Shown here piece by piece: positions 38,137 to 52,603 of a stretch of 64,000 nucleotides of DNA. The stretch lies in contig OX597819.1 in assembly GCA_951406725.2 (NCBI GenBank), positions 133,920,001 through 133,984,000 of the forward strand. Reading direction: 5' to 3'. Source of the stretch: Octopus vulgaris. Taxonomy: Eukaryota. Below the pieces are notes generated by a model. That model was given only the letters and a program-made list of their open reading frames with translations. It was not told where the DNA came from and did no database searches. The translations under genes and the position numbers were made by a program. Numbering within the stretch: position 1 is the first letter of the stretch; the number at the start of each line of letters is the position of its first letter.

Positions 38137-38480
38137 TGCATGTAGATTTGTATGTGCGCGCGTGAGTATGCATGTATGTATTTGTATGCGTGCGTGTGTG
38201 CGTTTGTGCGTGTGGAATATAATACATTCCAACTCAAGAAATGTTGGCAAAACATTCCAATCGAAACTTTTGCATAGTTGAAACCCAAGCTTTGAACAGT
38301 AAGTACAAAAATCGTGTTGTAGAGGTCGTGTGCCAAAATGATGGAAATGTCTGAGACATAGAAAGAAACAATTATGAGAAACTATTTTGAAGCTTCAATT
38401 TATCCATCCATAATCAGTAGCACATTTATTACTAAAGGTGGACAGAAGCCGAGGTATTGAAAGAAAAGTAGCATCTAAAG

Positions 38481-38665
38481 CAGCGGTTCTCAACCGCGGC
38501 TCCCAAGACAGCATACCTGGGTCCTCAAGCATCCTTCCAGCGGCTCTCGATGGTCTTTTCTCTATAAATTTTTCATTAATTTACTTGTGTTTTACTGTTG
38601 CGCGGTCCACTAAAAATTCCAGGTTTTTTATCAGACCCAGATAATATAAAGGTTGACGACCACCG
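38481..38665. mobile_element. hAT/Charlie-type MITE
   Basis: Termini CAGCGGTTCTCAACC and GGTTGACGACCACCG; left flank atcTAaag; right TSD degenerate. Confidence 0.55.
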
Positions 38666-39329
38666 CTTTGAACTGTATTTTACATAATCCTTTTGGGAGC
38701 AGAAAATGAAATGAGCAAAACATTTGAAAGAGATATGCAACACTTTATTGAAGCTATCCTCTAAACGCTAATGATGCATTCTTCTACTTCGATAGGAAAT
38801 TATCCTTCAAACCCAGACATGCAAATTATCGAGGAGGAATTGGAGAATTTATGTAAATGAGAATAAAAAGAAACATTCTCAGACAAACGAATAAAAATAT
38901 CTCAGCATCGATTTTAAGAAACTCTAAAGCAAACGTAATTGTTGATATCTTTTTCCATCCCATTTCAGGTGAAAATATCCTTCTTAAATTGACAAATAAA
39001 GTAAAAATGATTCAAACATATTTTTGTTCCATTTGAATTTGTCTTCCATTTATAAAACAGTCGGATGTTGTTCTGATAGTATATAAATGACATAGAAAAA
39101 AAATAACTTATAAAATTTTTTTTTAATCACTTGATAATTTGCAGCCATCAAAAGGAATTATGGCAGTAGGTGTTGATGTTTTGTTCGGTGTCCATCTGTC
39201 AGTGTCAGGAAAGTCTGAGATACACGTGTCACTTCTGGCAGCATTATTCCTTTGTTTGAAATATTTCACTTGATTTGATTTTATCATTCAGAATTAATAT
39301 ATCTTCTGTTCATATGACAAGGTTTTTGT

Positions 39330-39377
39330 ATCACACACACACACACACAAACATATATATATACATACATATATGCA

Positions 39378-39431
<54 letters not shown>

Positions 39432-39577
39432 TATACATATGTATATATGCATATATACAAATATATACATATGTATATGTATATATATTCATATATGTAT
39501 GCATGTATGTATATGAAGACAGAAAGATGCATAGATATACATACAAATACACAATCATACGTATATGCATATAGACA

Positions 39578-39635
<58 letters not shown>

Positions 39636-39649
39636 TATATATGTATGTG

Positions 39650-39698
<49 letters not shown>

Positions 39699-39735
39699 GT
39701 ATGTATTATGTATGTGTGTGTATATGTACATATAT
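39330..39735. repeat. Compound TA/TG/CA microsatellite
   Basis: Visible repeat. Confidence 0.9.
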
Positions 39736-39919
39736 GCTGGTAGGTGAGTGTGTATAATTATTAATATAAGTAACTAAAACTCGAAAGAAAATACCATGAC
39801 ATTCAATAAAAGAAAACAGAAAATATATATCGAATGCGTTTGTATCTATACACACACACACACACCTACATACATAGAGATCTAAATCTACTTTTCTGTC
39901 TGCCTATATGTATGTATAT

Positions 39920-41115
39920 CATTGTCCAGTTTTATTTCAAGCTTTCTTACCAATAGAGAAAGAACCGGTTTCTAACCTAGATCCAAGGTTCCCTAATTGA
40001 AATTTCAACCTCAACAACAGGGTATTTTTGTATGTATGTATGTATGTATGTATGTATGTATGTATGTATCTATGTATGTATGTATGTATGTATGTATGTA
40101 TGTATCTATGTATGTATGTATGTATGTATGTATGTATGTATGTATGTATGTATGTATGTATACGTGCAAATTTGTATGTTTTGCTTTATGTATGTCTTCT
40201 CATGCATATACGTACATATCTAGACATGCTCATAAATACTTAAAGGATAAAGTTACAGAAATTTTTACAGAATTTTAGAGTTCCAGTGATGTATTGGATA
40301 AAGCCTAATTTCTCAAGATTGGTATTTAGGCAGTGTGCTACACATCCCAGTGCTCCAGTAATTACAGGTATAAATCCGAAGTTATAATCTGGATAGAGTT
40401 ACTGTATACTTCTCAATAGTTCAACGTATGTATTCTCTTTTACATTGATCTTCAGTTTTATGTTAACATCTGCTGCGCAGCTCATTTCTACAACTGTACT
40501 CATATTCTTTTCTCTATCCTAAAGCATTATATCAGTTCTATTGAGCTTATTGAGGTCTTCACTGGGACATTCCACCAGTATTCCTTTTTATCATGAGTGG
40601 CTATGTCTTCTACCATACTGTGGGTTCTTGTTTCTTTGTCCTCGGGGTTATCCTTCCGACGGATTTCATTATACAGTGCCCTAGCTATAGCATCATGTCT
40701 CATCGGTAGATAATACTGTGATGGCATTTTCGGACAACTGCTTATGACGTGGGTATCTTCGGTGTTAACTCCACAAAGTCTGCATCGGTTGTCACATTTT
40801 ACTGCTTTTCCAGCATCTCTTTCCCTTTTGTGCATCAGGTATTTGGCTGATATTTCCAGTTCCTGGATTTCAAAAGCATACCCTTCAAAGTGGGAGTTAG
40901 TAACCCGGTTGTTGATCCATAATAAACTGCTTTGATGATCGATGTTACTATCATCTCGGATCTTTCTACTAACATATCCATGCATTGTCCTCTGCTCATA
41001 TACGCTCATTCTTTCATCTATGTTGCGATAGAGTCGTGCGACTTCTTCGGGCGTGTATTCTAGGTTATCAGACAAGGAATACTGCTCAAGGAGCTGCCTT
41101 CCTAGTCTTATGACG
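39920..41115 (-). mobile_element. 5'-truncated RLE retrotransposon (CCHC + RLE + 3'UTR with internal (TACA)n)
   Basis: CRLCGVNTEDTHVISSC..MRHD..WWNVPV, FIPVITGALG. Confidence 0.82.
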
Positions 41116-41330
41116 TATGTATGTTTGTTTTATGTATGTATGTATGTATGTATGTATACATACATACACACTCAGATTCATGCATAGTTATGTGTGTGAT
41201 TGGGTGCGTGTGCGCGCGCCTGTGGGGGGGGCGCCTGTACGTGTGTATGTGTGCGTAGACACAAATGTACACATAAGCAATTACAAGTGTTTACAAACAC
41301 ACACACACGCACGCTCACACACACACACAC

Positions 41331-41390
<60 letters not shown>

Positions 41391-41446
41391 TCATAAAAAC
41401 ACTAATGGTGAAGCGAGTCCGGAAAGTGACGAACAGTCGAGCTGTC

Positions 41447-41495
41447 TTAACTGATGAGGCAACGGATACTGCCGAGACTGACGTGTCAGTATTAA
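41447..41495 (+). ncRNA. Type I hammerhead motif (GAGA in place of GAAA)
   Basis: TTAA-CTGATGA-GGCA..TGCC-GAGA-CTGAC-gt-GTCAG-TA-TTAA. Confidence 0.7.
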
Positions 41496-41662
41496 AAATT
41501 TCCGATCGGCACTTTTCGGACGATTATGGTCCCTGTTATTGTATATATTTTCATCTGTGTGCGTTAATTACGCCATTAAAACAGCTTAGCTCTTATGTCT
41601 AGCAATGTGGGTGTTTCCTAACACCCTAGTTAATTATACATCTATCTATTTATATGTATATG

Positions 41663-41844
<182 letters not shown>

Positions 41845-41848
41845 TGTA

Positions 41849-42707
41849 CACAGGGTGTGGTGAATAAACTGTCGTCTAAATTACGCAAAAATGGAAATAA
41901 CACTGGCATCTTATTTTATCAGATACATTTACCAAAAGTACATAAAAATCTCTTGAAATAGTAAAGAATAAATTTATTGAATAAAATCGTCATTGGCTTC
42001 AAGCACGGTCTCCAGACGACTTCGAAATCTCCTGCAGCTCTTCTGGGCGGTCTCCTTGTTTAAGTTGGTGAATGCACCCATAATCCTTGCCTTCAGTTCA
42101 TCTTTGGTATCACCAGGAGTGGTGTTGGTCTCTCGCTTAACTGCGCCCCACACATAATAATCAAGGGAGTTGCACTCTGGGGAGTTAGGTGGCCTGATAT
42201 TAGGGGTGGCGTCGTTGCAGAAATTGTCTCACAGCCATGAATGGGTTCTCCTGCTTGTGTGGCATGGTGCAGAGTCCTGTTGCCAGACATAGGATCTTCC
42301 AGAAGCCACAATCTTGACTCCTCCACGCACTTGATGTAGGCCTCCATGTTAAGTCTGAGGCCGTGTGTGAAGATGAATGGAGGCATAATGTCGCCATCAC
42401 TAGTAATCACACCAAACACCATGATGTTGACTGGATGTTTGATTTTTATCACTCTCAGTACATGTCCTCAGATTGACACCCAAACACTCTGAAATGTTCG
42501 TATTGGCGTTTCCGGCGCTAATGCCAAGCAGTACAGTATGTCGATTCCAAATTTCTGACCGAGCGAATTGCATCATGGTGCTGTTTTTCTCGCAGACGGT
42601 TACTGATCCTACTATACTGTGTAGTCGACAACATCCAAAACAAACGATGCGCATGCGCAAAATTGAAAATATAAAATGGCAACAATTTACCCATCGCACC
42701 CTCTGTG
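41849..42707 (-). mobile_element. Internally deleted maT/DD37D-like Tc1-mariner transposon
   Basis: KHPVNIMVFGVITSDG, WQQDSAPCH, RPPNSPECNSLDYYVW; imperfect TIRs cacagggtg.. and ..caccctctgtg. Confidence 0.8.
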
Positions 42708-42712
42708 TATGT

Positions 42713-42791
<79 letters not shown>

Positions 42792-42874
42792 CATGTATGC
42801 ATGTATGCATGTATGCATGTATGCGTGTGTGTGTGTATGTGCGTGCGTGTGTGTATTTCCTACATATCTAATGG

Positions 42875-43145
42875 TCTCTCCCGTCCTTAGATGATGTATG
42901 GGGGTTCTGCAACGACTTTACTGAACAATCACACAGATGATTTGTTTATAAAGATCAAGTGTTTATATTCACATAAGCTCACTCCCTCCATCAAATTGAC
43001 GTTACCTGTACAGGTGGATGACGTGTCACATGTCAAATCAGGAAAGAATCACAGAGCAACGTTAAATGAGGAGTTTTGCTGAAGAACACGACGCAACGCC
43101 CGGTCTGCTGAGTGCAACACCATAACCACTAAGCCATGCACCTTA
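42875..43145 (-). mobile_element. Degenerate tRNA-SINE
   Basis: Head remnant gttttgctgaagaacac..aaccactaagccatgcacc. Confidence 0.55.
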
Positions 43146-43269
43146 ACACACACACACACACACATATATATACATATACATATACACACGCGCACACAAA
43201 CATACACACGGGGACACACATACACACACATGTTATACATATATATGTATATACGTCTATACAGTAATG

Positions 43270-43338
<69 letters not shown>

Positions 43339-43914
43339 TTTTACGAATATGTACATGTGTGAAGATATAAACTTTTACCTGCTCTATTTTGGTCTAATAT
43401 TGACTTGATAAACCGTTATTTTTACAGACTGACAGGAGACTTCGAGTTTTCCAGTATTTTTTTGCTTTCATTACTCTTTGCAAAGTTTTGGTGATCGACA
43501 TCTGCCATTGTTATGAAGTAACTCCGAACCCCCAGGAACAGCTGTCCGACCTGTAACATCATATCCTCTCCGCTCTAATTCTTTGAGTCTATGTAATCTA
43601 AGTTTGCTCTCGTAATATAGTAATATATAAATACATATGTATAGTTGTACTGGAATGTTAATAATCTGGAAAATGTTCAGTCTTCGACTTTCCCTTATTT
43701 ACAAGTAGGCATAGATATATATTCTGTGTATAAAGGAATTTTATCTATGCATTTGCATCGTTGTCTCCATATCTGCTCACTTGGATTTCCCTTACAACCA
43801 CTCCTTATCTCGCTAACTTGGTCCTCTCAATAAAGATTTCACTGTGTAAGTTCAAATCTTTTGAGCGAAGCTAATTGTTTTGTTTTGTTTATGAAGATTT
43901 TCTGGACGTCACCT

Positions 43915-43992
43915 GCATTGATTGTTGCATTAGGTGGTAACAATTCAAAGTGAATTACTCCTTTGCAATCCCACCAGATAAAGGGAAGAACG
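43915..43992 (-). mobile_element. Isolated 78-bp internal mariner fragment
   Basis: Matches 45195-45272. Confidence 0.8.
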
Positions 43993-44039
43993 CTGAACAG
44001 TTATTTACATCTTATTTTATCATTATCTCCTTTATGTTG

Positions 44040-44201
<162 letters not shown>

Positions 44202-44730
44202 GTTAAATAATAGAATTGCATGCAAATCAGAAAATCGATGCCGAATATACAATTGTTACTTTTGAATTACTGTACTATAAATGGAGAACGCAGATATTGT
44301 TTAATGTGAAATATCATCCCAGAATACCAACATAGTTTCTGAGTTTGGCAGATAATTGATATGTTAATTACTTTTTATCATCGCCATCATCTTTCGCTGC
44401 AGCAAAATAAAAGAGTCCTATCACCATGGTATGACATTCGTCCTTCGAGAAATATTCCTCCTTGCACATAACAATGAATACATATTTTTCAACAGACTAA
44501 TTATCTATCTATCAATCTATCTATATGTACTATGAATAAGTAAATACTCTACCAATGTCCCTGTATTAGTAAACCCTGTGACCACAAACACTATATTTGT
44601 GAACAGACCACATTATAGTTATCCATAGTGCGTATTCATCTCTGTTTCATTAGCCTCGACGGCAGAAACCTGATGTACAGCAACTATGGTCTTTCAATTG
44701 CATTTATCTTTTTTGCATCATGAGATTTTA

Positions 44731-46015
44731 TCAGGTCATCCCATAAGTTCTGTCCGAATTTTGAATAAAGAAAACAAGTAATCAAATGTTATATTTAATT
44801 GAAATTTAATCATCAACGTACTTTCCTGATTATCTATGACTTCCTTCCATCTATTTACAAGCTTTTTAATCCCTCAAATCAAAACTCTTTTGGTTTCAAA
44901 GCGAAGAACTCTGAAATGTCAGTTTTGATCTCTTCCTGGCATGCGAAAGTTATGTCCTCCAAATGATTCTGTAAACTACGAAACAAATGGTAGTATGAAG
45001 TAGCAAGGTTGGGAGAATAAGGTGGATGAGGAATTTTTTCCCAACCAAGCTCTTCGATCTTCTGTGAAATGATCTTTGTAATGTGGTGTCGCGCATTGTC
45101 CTGATGAAACATCACTCTTTTTAAATTTACTAAAGTGGGTCTTTTTTCTTCAAAGCTTGGTTCAAACACTCTAATTGCTGACTGTAAGACTTGAGCATTA
45201 ATTGTTGCATTAAGTAGGAACAATTCAAAGTGAATTACTCCTTTGCAATCCCACCAGATAGAGGGAAGAACCTTTTTCTCATGAAGTTCCTTTCTCAGTT
45301 TTGGTTGAGCGTTTTCCCTTTTACCAAGACATTGTTTACGACGTTTAACATTTCGATAGAAGTTCCATTTTTCGTCACCAGTCACAATTCTATCCAAAAC
45401 GGGTGAAACGAGTTCGTGAGAATGGAGAGAAGAGCAGATATCAACTCGGGATTTGCGGTTGCTTTCGGACAATTCACGAGGCACCCATTTTCCAAGTTTA
45501 GGAACCTTTCCAAGTTGTTGAAGATGACGATGAACAGTTGTATGGTTTGAACTAAGCTTTATTGCCAATTCTTCAACTGATAATGCAAGATTTTCTTCAA
45601 GTAATGCCTCAAGGAGCTTATCATCAAACTCAACTGGACGTCATGTTCGATCTTCACCTTCAAGGCTGAAATCTCCACTTCTGAATTTTGCAAACCATCT
45701 TCTGCAAGTTCTTTCATTCAAGCATTCTTTCCCATACACTGAGTGTATGTTTCGAATCGCTTCAGCTGCAGAGTTTCCTTTTTTGTACTCATAAAGCATT
45801 ATGTGCCTCAAATGCTCTTTTGATACTTTCATGTTAGAAAGAGTTTTAATCAAAGAAACTTTAATTCTAATATTCTGTAAAACAATATTTAATTAGTTTA
45901 AATGTACACAAATGCATAAAAATAACTTTTAATTCCATTAGACATTCTAAAATACTACGAAATTTCATTCAATTTAAAAAAAGGCAAAATCGGACAGAAC
46001 TTATGGGATGACTGG
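44731..46015 (-). mobile_element. Full-length mariner transposon (DD34D type), inactive
   Basis: TIRs tcaggtcatcccataagttctgtccga and tcggacagaacttatgggatgactgg with TA flanks; WVPREL, TGDEKW, QDNA, YSPNLATSY (third D lost); internal stop at 45641. Confidence 0.93.
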
Positions 46016-46120
46016 TACTTATTTAATCGATCCCGAAAGGATGGAAAGCAAAGTCGACCTCGGCGTAATTTGAACTCATTTCACCCGGTGTGCTAATGTT
46101 TGTGCAAGCTCGCCGCCTTA
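46012..46120 (-). mobile_element. SINE family B 5' part
   Basis: ggtacttatttaatcgatcccgaaaggatggaaagcaaagtcgacctcggcg. Confidence 0.75.
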
Positions 46121-47055
46121 ATAACGATTATATATCAAAAAGATTATTGCCCCACATACCAATTTGTTTCGTTTTGAATCGGAAGAGAAAGGAGAACTTG
46201 ACCTACTGACGTGAGCCAAATCGAGCAGATATCGCCTGCTGGGCGACAGTGTTATAGTTTGCAGGTCAAGCGAGAAGCAGTGCGATATAAATCTACTTCG
46301 TTTATCCAACTTAATATTATACATACACTCCCACACACACACACATTCTTATATATCTATATTTTTTAGTATTTAATATAAACTTTGTCTTTGATTCAAA
46401 ATTCAACCACTGACTGCACTAAGCTATTTTTCAATCATTTATTGTTTTAATTAGGCACCTTAAACAAGGTTGCAAACATTTTCTACTTTTGTGGCATTAG
46501 TAATAGTGGCACAAGTGTTACCTTGAATCCAGGAGGCGAACAGTCTTTTCTGCTTTCTCACGTCAATTGCGGACAAGTGTTACACACTAAGAATGTCTCT
46601 CCTCTTCGGTCAGTTCAGTTCGAACAAACACTGGCAGCAAACAGGCGTTTGTTTGCCATATTCCGAAGCAAACATATTTTCAATAAAGGTTTTAGCTGTA
46701 TGTAATATACATTTAACCGACTACATACATACTTACTCACAAAAACACACAAACGCACGCATGCACACACACACACACACATACACACACACACACACAA
46801 TTTAGAAACATCTGGAAACCACAATTCGTAGAAAACTTTTCCATTTTTTTGAAACTATCGTTGAGCAATAAGCTATTCTCGAAAAGATTAATAAAACATC
46901 CAACTGCACTAACATTGAAAGTTATTGACAATGTCGCTGGAAAACACATGGAATCATGTCATGTTAATATGCATACATATGTATGTGTGTGTGTGTGTGT
47001 GTGTGTGTACATGGTGTAATTTTTATTCAAATGCCGTCTATTCTCAGACATTAAA

Positions 47056-48326
47056 TAGAGGGGGAAGTGAAAAGATCATAGGTTGATTACGAAAGAGTGA
47101 TGCTAGAGCTGTGAAATCTTGCATGCATTAATTTCAACCCTTTTTAATTAACAACAGCATTGTTGCTCTCCAAGTAAACTTATATCTGAGCAAAGAAAAC
47201 TTCAAATGTATCTAGTAATAACTTCTCTTGAGAAATGGACAAAAATTTGACAACGTGACGTTATCAAGTTCTTTCAGAAAAAAAGGTTTAGTCGCAAACG
47301 ACATTCATGCTCGATAGATTCGGAGAAGACGCTCCAGGTTTACAAGTAGTGCAATTGTGAAGAGCTGAATTTAGGAGTAGGAGAAGGGAAAGTCTTGAAG
47401 ATGAGCCAAGGTCTGGACGGTCAGCAACTGCCAACACCGAGGGAAATATTGATCGTGTGGACCAGATGGTGATCGATGACAGGCAATTGATTATAAATCA
47501 AATAGCCAATGCTTTTGGCATATTCTATGAGAGAGTTGAGAATATTCTGCACAATGAACCTGGCATGACGAGGGTCTCTGCTCGGTGGGTTCCACATCTT
47601 CTGACCCTTGATCAAAAGTGCAACAGGCTGATCACATCACGCGAAAATCCGATATTGTTTCCTTGAAAGATTCCTGACCAAGGATGAATGTTGGTTTCAT
47701 CACTTTGAGATGGAGACAAAAGGACAATCCATGCAGAGGAAGAATCCCTCCTCACTTGCTGTAACGAAGGCTAAAGTTGTTTCATCTGCAGGGAAGGTGA
47801 CGGCCTCAGTGTTGGGAGATGTAAAAGGCATTGTGTTTGTTGTTCATCTTGAAAAGAGCCACGCCATGAATGGAGAGTAAAATGCGAACTTGCGGAAGCA
47901 GTTGCGAAAGGCGATTAAGAGGAAAAGCGTTGGAAAACTGACGACAAAACGGGTTTTGTTTCATCAGGACAATGCTCCGGCACACAAGTGCTTGGTTTCA
48001 ATGGCTGCTGTGCGTGACTGTGGCTTTGAACTGATTGATCAACTTTCCTATTCTCCTGGTTTGGCCCCCTCTGACTATCATCCCAACATGAAAACAAAAA
48101 TTGCCTGGGAACCAGCACCGCAGTGATGATGACGTCATATCTGCTGTTGATGAGATTTTTTGGCAACAGGATGAAAGCTTCTTCACCAATGGGATTCAAG
48201 CAGTGTAGCACTAACAGAGGAAGCCTGTGGATGGCAAGCGGGACTTTGTTGAAAAATAAACTTCATTTGGTCATATTCCATGAAAATAACTTGGTCAGTT
48301 TATGAGCTTTTCTATCGACCCTCGTA
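47056..48326 (+). mobile_element. Degenerate full-length mariner transposon
   Basis: SARWVPHLL, DECWFHH, FHQDNAPAH, YSPGLAPSDYH; degenerate TIRs tagaggggg.. and ..gaccctcgta. Confidence 0.88.
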
Positions 48327-50617
48327 CGTTATTCAATAAAGGATGAACCTTCATTATATTACACCAAGTTAACCACCGAAAGCTCATAACTTAGATGCAC
48401 TTCCATTATGGATATCGGTTATGGTGTAGAACTGGTTATAAAAGGATGAAGAGAGCAACATATTCGAAATAATGACTGAAGACAATTACCGTTGTTTTAA
48501 TATTTCTAACAAAGCCAACAAAATTGTAGTTATATAATTATACACGATGCAAGAGTCATATTATCAAGAAATTAATTTTAAAATTCTATTACACACATGT
48601 ATACACACGCATACACATAGACACAATGGAGAGTGTGTGTGTTTATGTTTGTATATATAATCAAGAGCGAGACCAAAACCTATCACAGCTATCAGGTTAC
48701 ATTAACAAAGGCGTCAATACGCAAAGATGTTTCGAATCCGACAATGACGCAGGATGTAGATCTATCTTTCGAAACATTAATACCAGTTCATATGAAATTT
48801 AATTGTGATTTTGCAATATATATAATGCAGAATGGTGAAGAGATATAACAACTTTAGATTCCACTAACGGAATACCATGAGAGAAGTTGTTGGTTTTTTT
48901 TTCATAATTTATCTTAAAAATAATCGTTTCAAGAAAGAGAGGTTGTGCTTTAAAAAAGTGAAAGTATAATATGAGTAAATATTTTTTGAACATCTTTAAC
49001 ACATTGAAATGATTTGGTTACAAGATCATACAAAAATTATGCGAAACAAGAAATCTGGGGGATTAGAATCAAAGAAAATAAAAAAGGAAAACATAATGTT
49101 TACATTCCAAAAAACCCCATGAAATCGGAATCAAAGTGTGAGGAAATATTAGGGAGAAACAATTGATAAATTATCAAACTTTAATTTTCTGCTATCACAA
49201 CGACATTTAAGCGTTACTTAACAACGCGAATTAGGGAAACTTCCGTTGCCTGCATTATAAACTATCACGAACAGGTTTTATATACTCATCTTTATGCTCT
49301 TGGAGAAAATATTCTGAAACTATGGCGTTTATATACTTCAATGTAAAAATTAACAAATCCAATATAATCTATTACAGTTTATTTTCAATATATTACCAAT
49401 GTTTACGCCAGAATTCATTTTCAAGTATCTACCAACCATTTCTGAAATCTATCAATATATAAAAACAAACGAAAAGATTTATGAGCTAAAACATGTAAAC
49501 ACAGTTTTCCTCATTTTCTTAAACTTTATTAAAAATATATTACATAATTTGTTTGGTATACTCTGCTTCCTTGGCTTTATACGGATGCATGTATAAGCAC
49601 ATTCATAAGTAAACATACACACAAACATATATGTACGTGTGTAAACATAAGATATAAATACATATATATATAAACGTATAAGTATATATATATATAAACG
49701 TACAAGTAAATATATATATATATATAGATAGATAGATATGTGTGTGTGTGTATATATATAAATATATATATATATATACACACATATATATATGTATGTA
49801 TACATATGCCTATATGAATACATAGATGAATATAAGTAATCATGTATGTGCATTCTCATATGCGTGTATGCATATACATACATACGTATATATGTGTGTG
49901 TGCATGTGTGCATATGCGTGCACATTTACCGAACAGCATGCATTTACATTACAAACTTCAAAGAGAAAGACGTTCCAGTCCAGTTTGTTCCAGTCAAATG
50001 GATCTGCAAACTCTGTAAAGTGCTCCAATGAAGTCAAAAACAATACAATTTACAACGTGTTTTCAGTATTGAAACGAAAATTTAGAAGATTTTGCCGTTT
50101 ATTATGCATAAAGTTAGCAAACGATACATTTGGAAATAAGAATAAAGAAGTAAAAGAAGAAACTGAAGAAAAACTGAACGAAATATGGAAATAAACGAAC
50201 CGAAGGACTTCATAGGAGAGTGAAATGTGTGTGGCGCTAGGGTCAATCCATTATTCAATAACGTATTTCAGATCACAGAATGGATGTAGTTTCAATTAAA
50301 ATTAGAAATTAGAAATTGAATGGATATAGACAGAGAAAAAAAGCAGTTAATTAACCAGACAAAGGGAAGTAATCAGTGTCAGTTACAGCGAGGAAGAATT
50401 TGGGCATCAAATCGAATTTAGTTCGCTTTTTCATTTAAGATTAGATTAGACAAATAATTTGAAGTTTCTTTCTAAGAGGGATGTAGCAGTAGTTTCATGC
50501 GTTTTTAAAGGTCTGCGTCGCATCGACCACTACTCAAACAGATTTCTCTCAACTTGTATATATGCACATAAATCATAGCGAGGGTGGCAACGGGGTATCA
50601 GATTGGCTAATGAAGAC

Positions 50618-51010
50618 TATTACTCTTTTACTCTTTTACTTGTTTCAGTCATTTGACTGCGGCCATGCTGGAGCACCGCCTTTAGTCGAGCAACTCGACC
50701 CCAGGACTTATTCTTTGTAAGCCCAGTACTTATTCTATCGGACTGTTTTGCCGAACCGCTAAGTGACGGGGACATAAACACACCACCATCGGTTGTCAAG
50801 CAATGCTAAAGGGACAAACACAGACACACAAACACACATATATATACGTATATACGACAGGCTTCTTTCAGTTTCCGTCTACCAAATCCACTCACAAGGC
50901 ATTGGTCGGCCCGGGGCTATAGCAGAAGACACTTGCCCAAGATGCCACGCAGTGGGACTGAACCCGGAACCATGTGGTTGGTTAGCCAGCTACTTACCAC
51001 ACAGCCACTC
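50618..51010 (-). mobile_element. SINE family A, full length
   Basis: Reverse complement of the 4333-4710 family, well preserved. Confidence 0.9.
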
Positions 51011-51809
51011 ATATATTTCTCTTATATAACATGTTGGTGCGTGACTAGTGGAGGAACCAGATCGGCATAAGCTGTTGTTCTTTAGGTTTTCACCTTATGG
51101 GGAGTACAATTCTATATTTAACAGTTGTGTGGTTGACCCCTGTGTATGTTAGTAAAAGATTTGACCTGAAGATTTTCAGAGCAGCTGCGACTCGCTCTAA
51201 TATTGATTTTATTGGTGGAATTTAGTATGGATCGGGAAATTTTACCGATTTACAATCCATCCGAATCATTCATAGAAAATGATCAACCATGAAACAATAA
51301 TATTTCACTCATTAATACAGTGGACTTTTATCTGTCTCTTCTGAAAGCTCTGCGATTTCTGGACAACATTTACTACCCTTAACGCCCCCGACACTCGGAT
51401 TATAATAAGCGCCATTATGTCGGAATCAAATTTCGTTAAGTATTACATAACAGGAAAACTTGACATGGTTTTCTCAAGAAAACAAATGTAGAGAATTCTT
51501 CAGATGTATGAAACACTAATGCGGGATTGCGTCGGGCTTGTTTCAGTTGCGAGGAGAAGAAAACAAAGTAATAAGTATTCACCCTAGAAACAATGAGTTA
51601 AGCGTCTCTCAGCGAGACGAGCATCAACCCTGCTCGAGGTGAGCCATGAGGACGGCAGACGCGTTTTGCCTTCCCTGATAAATAGAGTTTTTAACACAAG
51701 TCTATGAAGAAATTCGCATCTCATACAATACCGCAACAGCAATGCCTTCAGCAATGCGCATGCGTTTAGTAAGATTCACAAATCGTGATAAACGTATTTA
51801 CCTGTGTTT

Positions 51810-51839
51810 GAGTATGTGTGTATGTATGTATGTACATAC

Positions 51840-51923
<84 letters not shown>

Positions 51924-52381
51924 TCACATACATATATATGCACACACACACACACACATATATATCATATATATATATATATATGCATATACATACATAC
52001 ACACACACATACATATATATATATATACATATATATACATATATATAAGAAGGGATGGTATTATTAAAACACCATCACGTGTGGAAACCCAGTTATCAGC
52101 CGCACAGGCAAATAAATAAAATGCATACATACAATACAAGATATGTACTTATGTGTGTGTGTGTATATATAAATATATATATATATATATATGTGGGGGG
52201 GGTTCACATACGTGTATAGATATGTGTATGTGTAGGTATATGTACGTGTATGCTTATGTGGGTGTGTATATGTATGTGTGTGTGTGTGTTTGTGTGTGTA
52301 AACATAATATACATACATACATACATACATACATACATAGACAGACAGACTGACAAACAGGCAGACAAGCAGACAGACAGA

Positions 52382-52416
<35 letters not shown>
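51810..52416. repeat. Microsatellite cluster (TA, CA, TG, GA)
   Basis: Visible repeats. Confidence 0.9.
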
Positions 52417-52419
<3 letters not shown>

Positions 52420-52525
52420 TTTGTGAGCGGTTTACTTCACTGGTGATCCAAACGAATAGGTACGCTGTGTAGGTGCTATAAGGGGCTGTGAATTCCCTAT
52501 CTAGAACCTTCATCCGTACCCACCT

Positions 52526-52603
52526 TGTCTCTGATGACAGAATACCCAGTGTATGGAGATGTTTACCTATTACTTGGGATATCCCGGAAATAGGTGTAAG
52601 ACA
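52526..52603 (+). ncRNA. Degenerate type I hammerhead with long stem II
   Basis: TGTCT-CTGATGA-[~20-bp imperfect hairpin]-GAAA-TAGGTG-TA-AGACA. Confidence 0.6.

Noticed and set aside
44879-45853. SETMAR gene
   Set aside because: No SET domain; bounded by TIRs; has a stop codon and lacks the third catalytic D.
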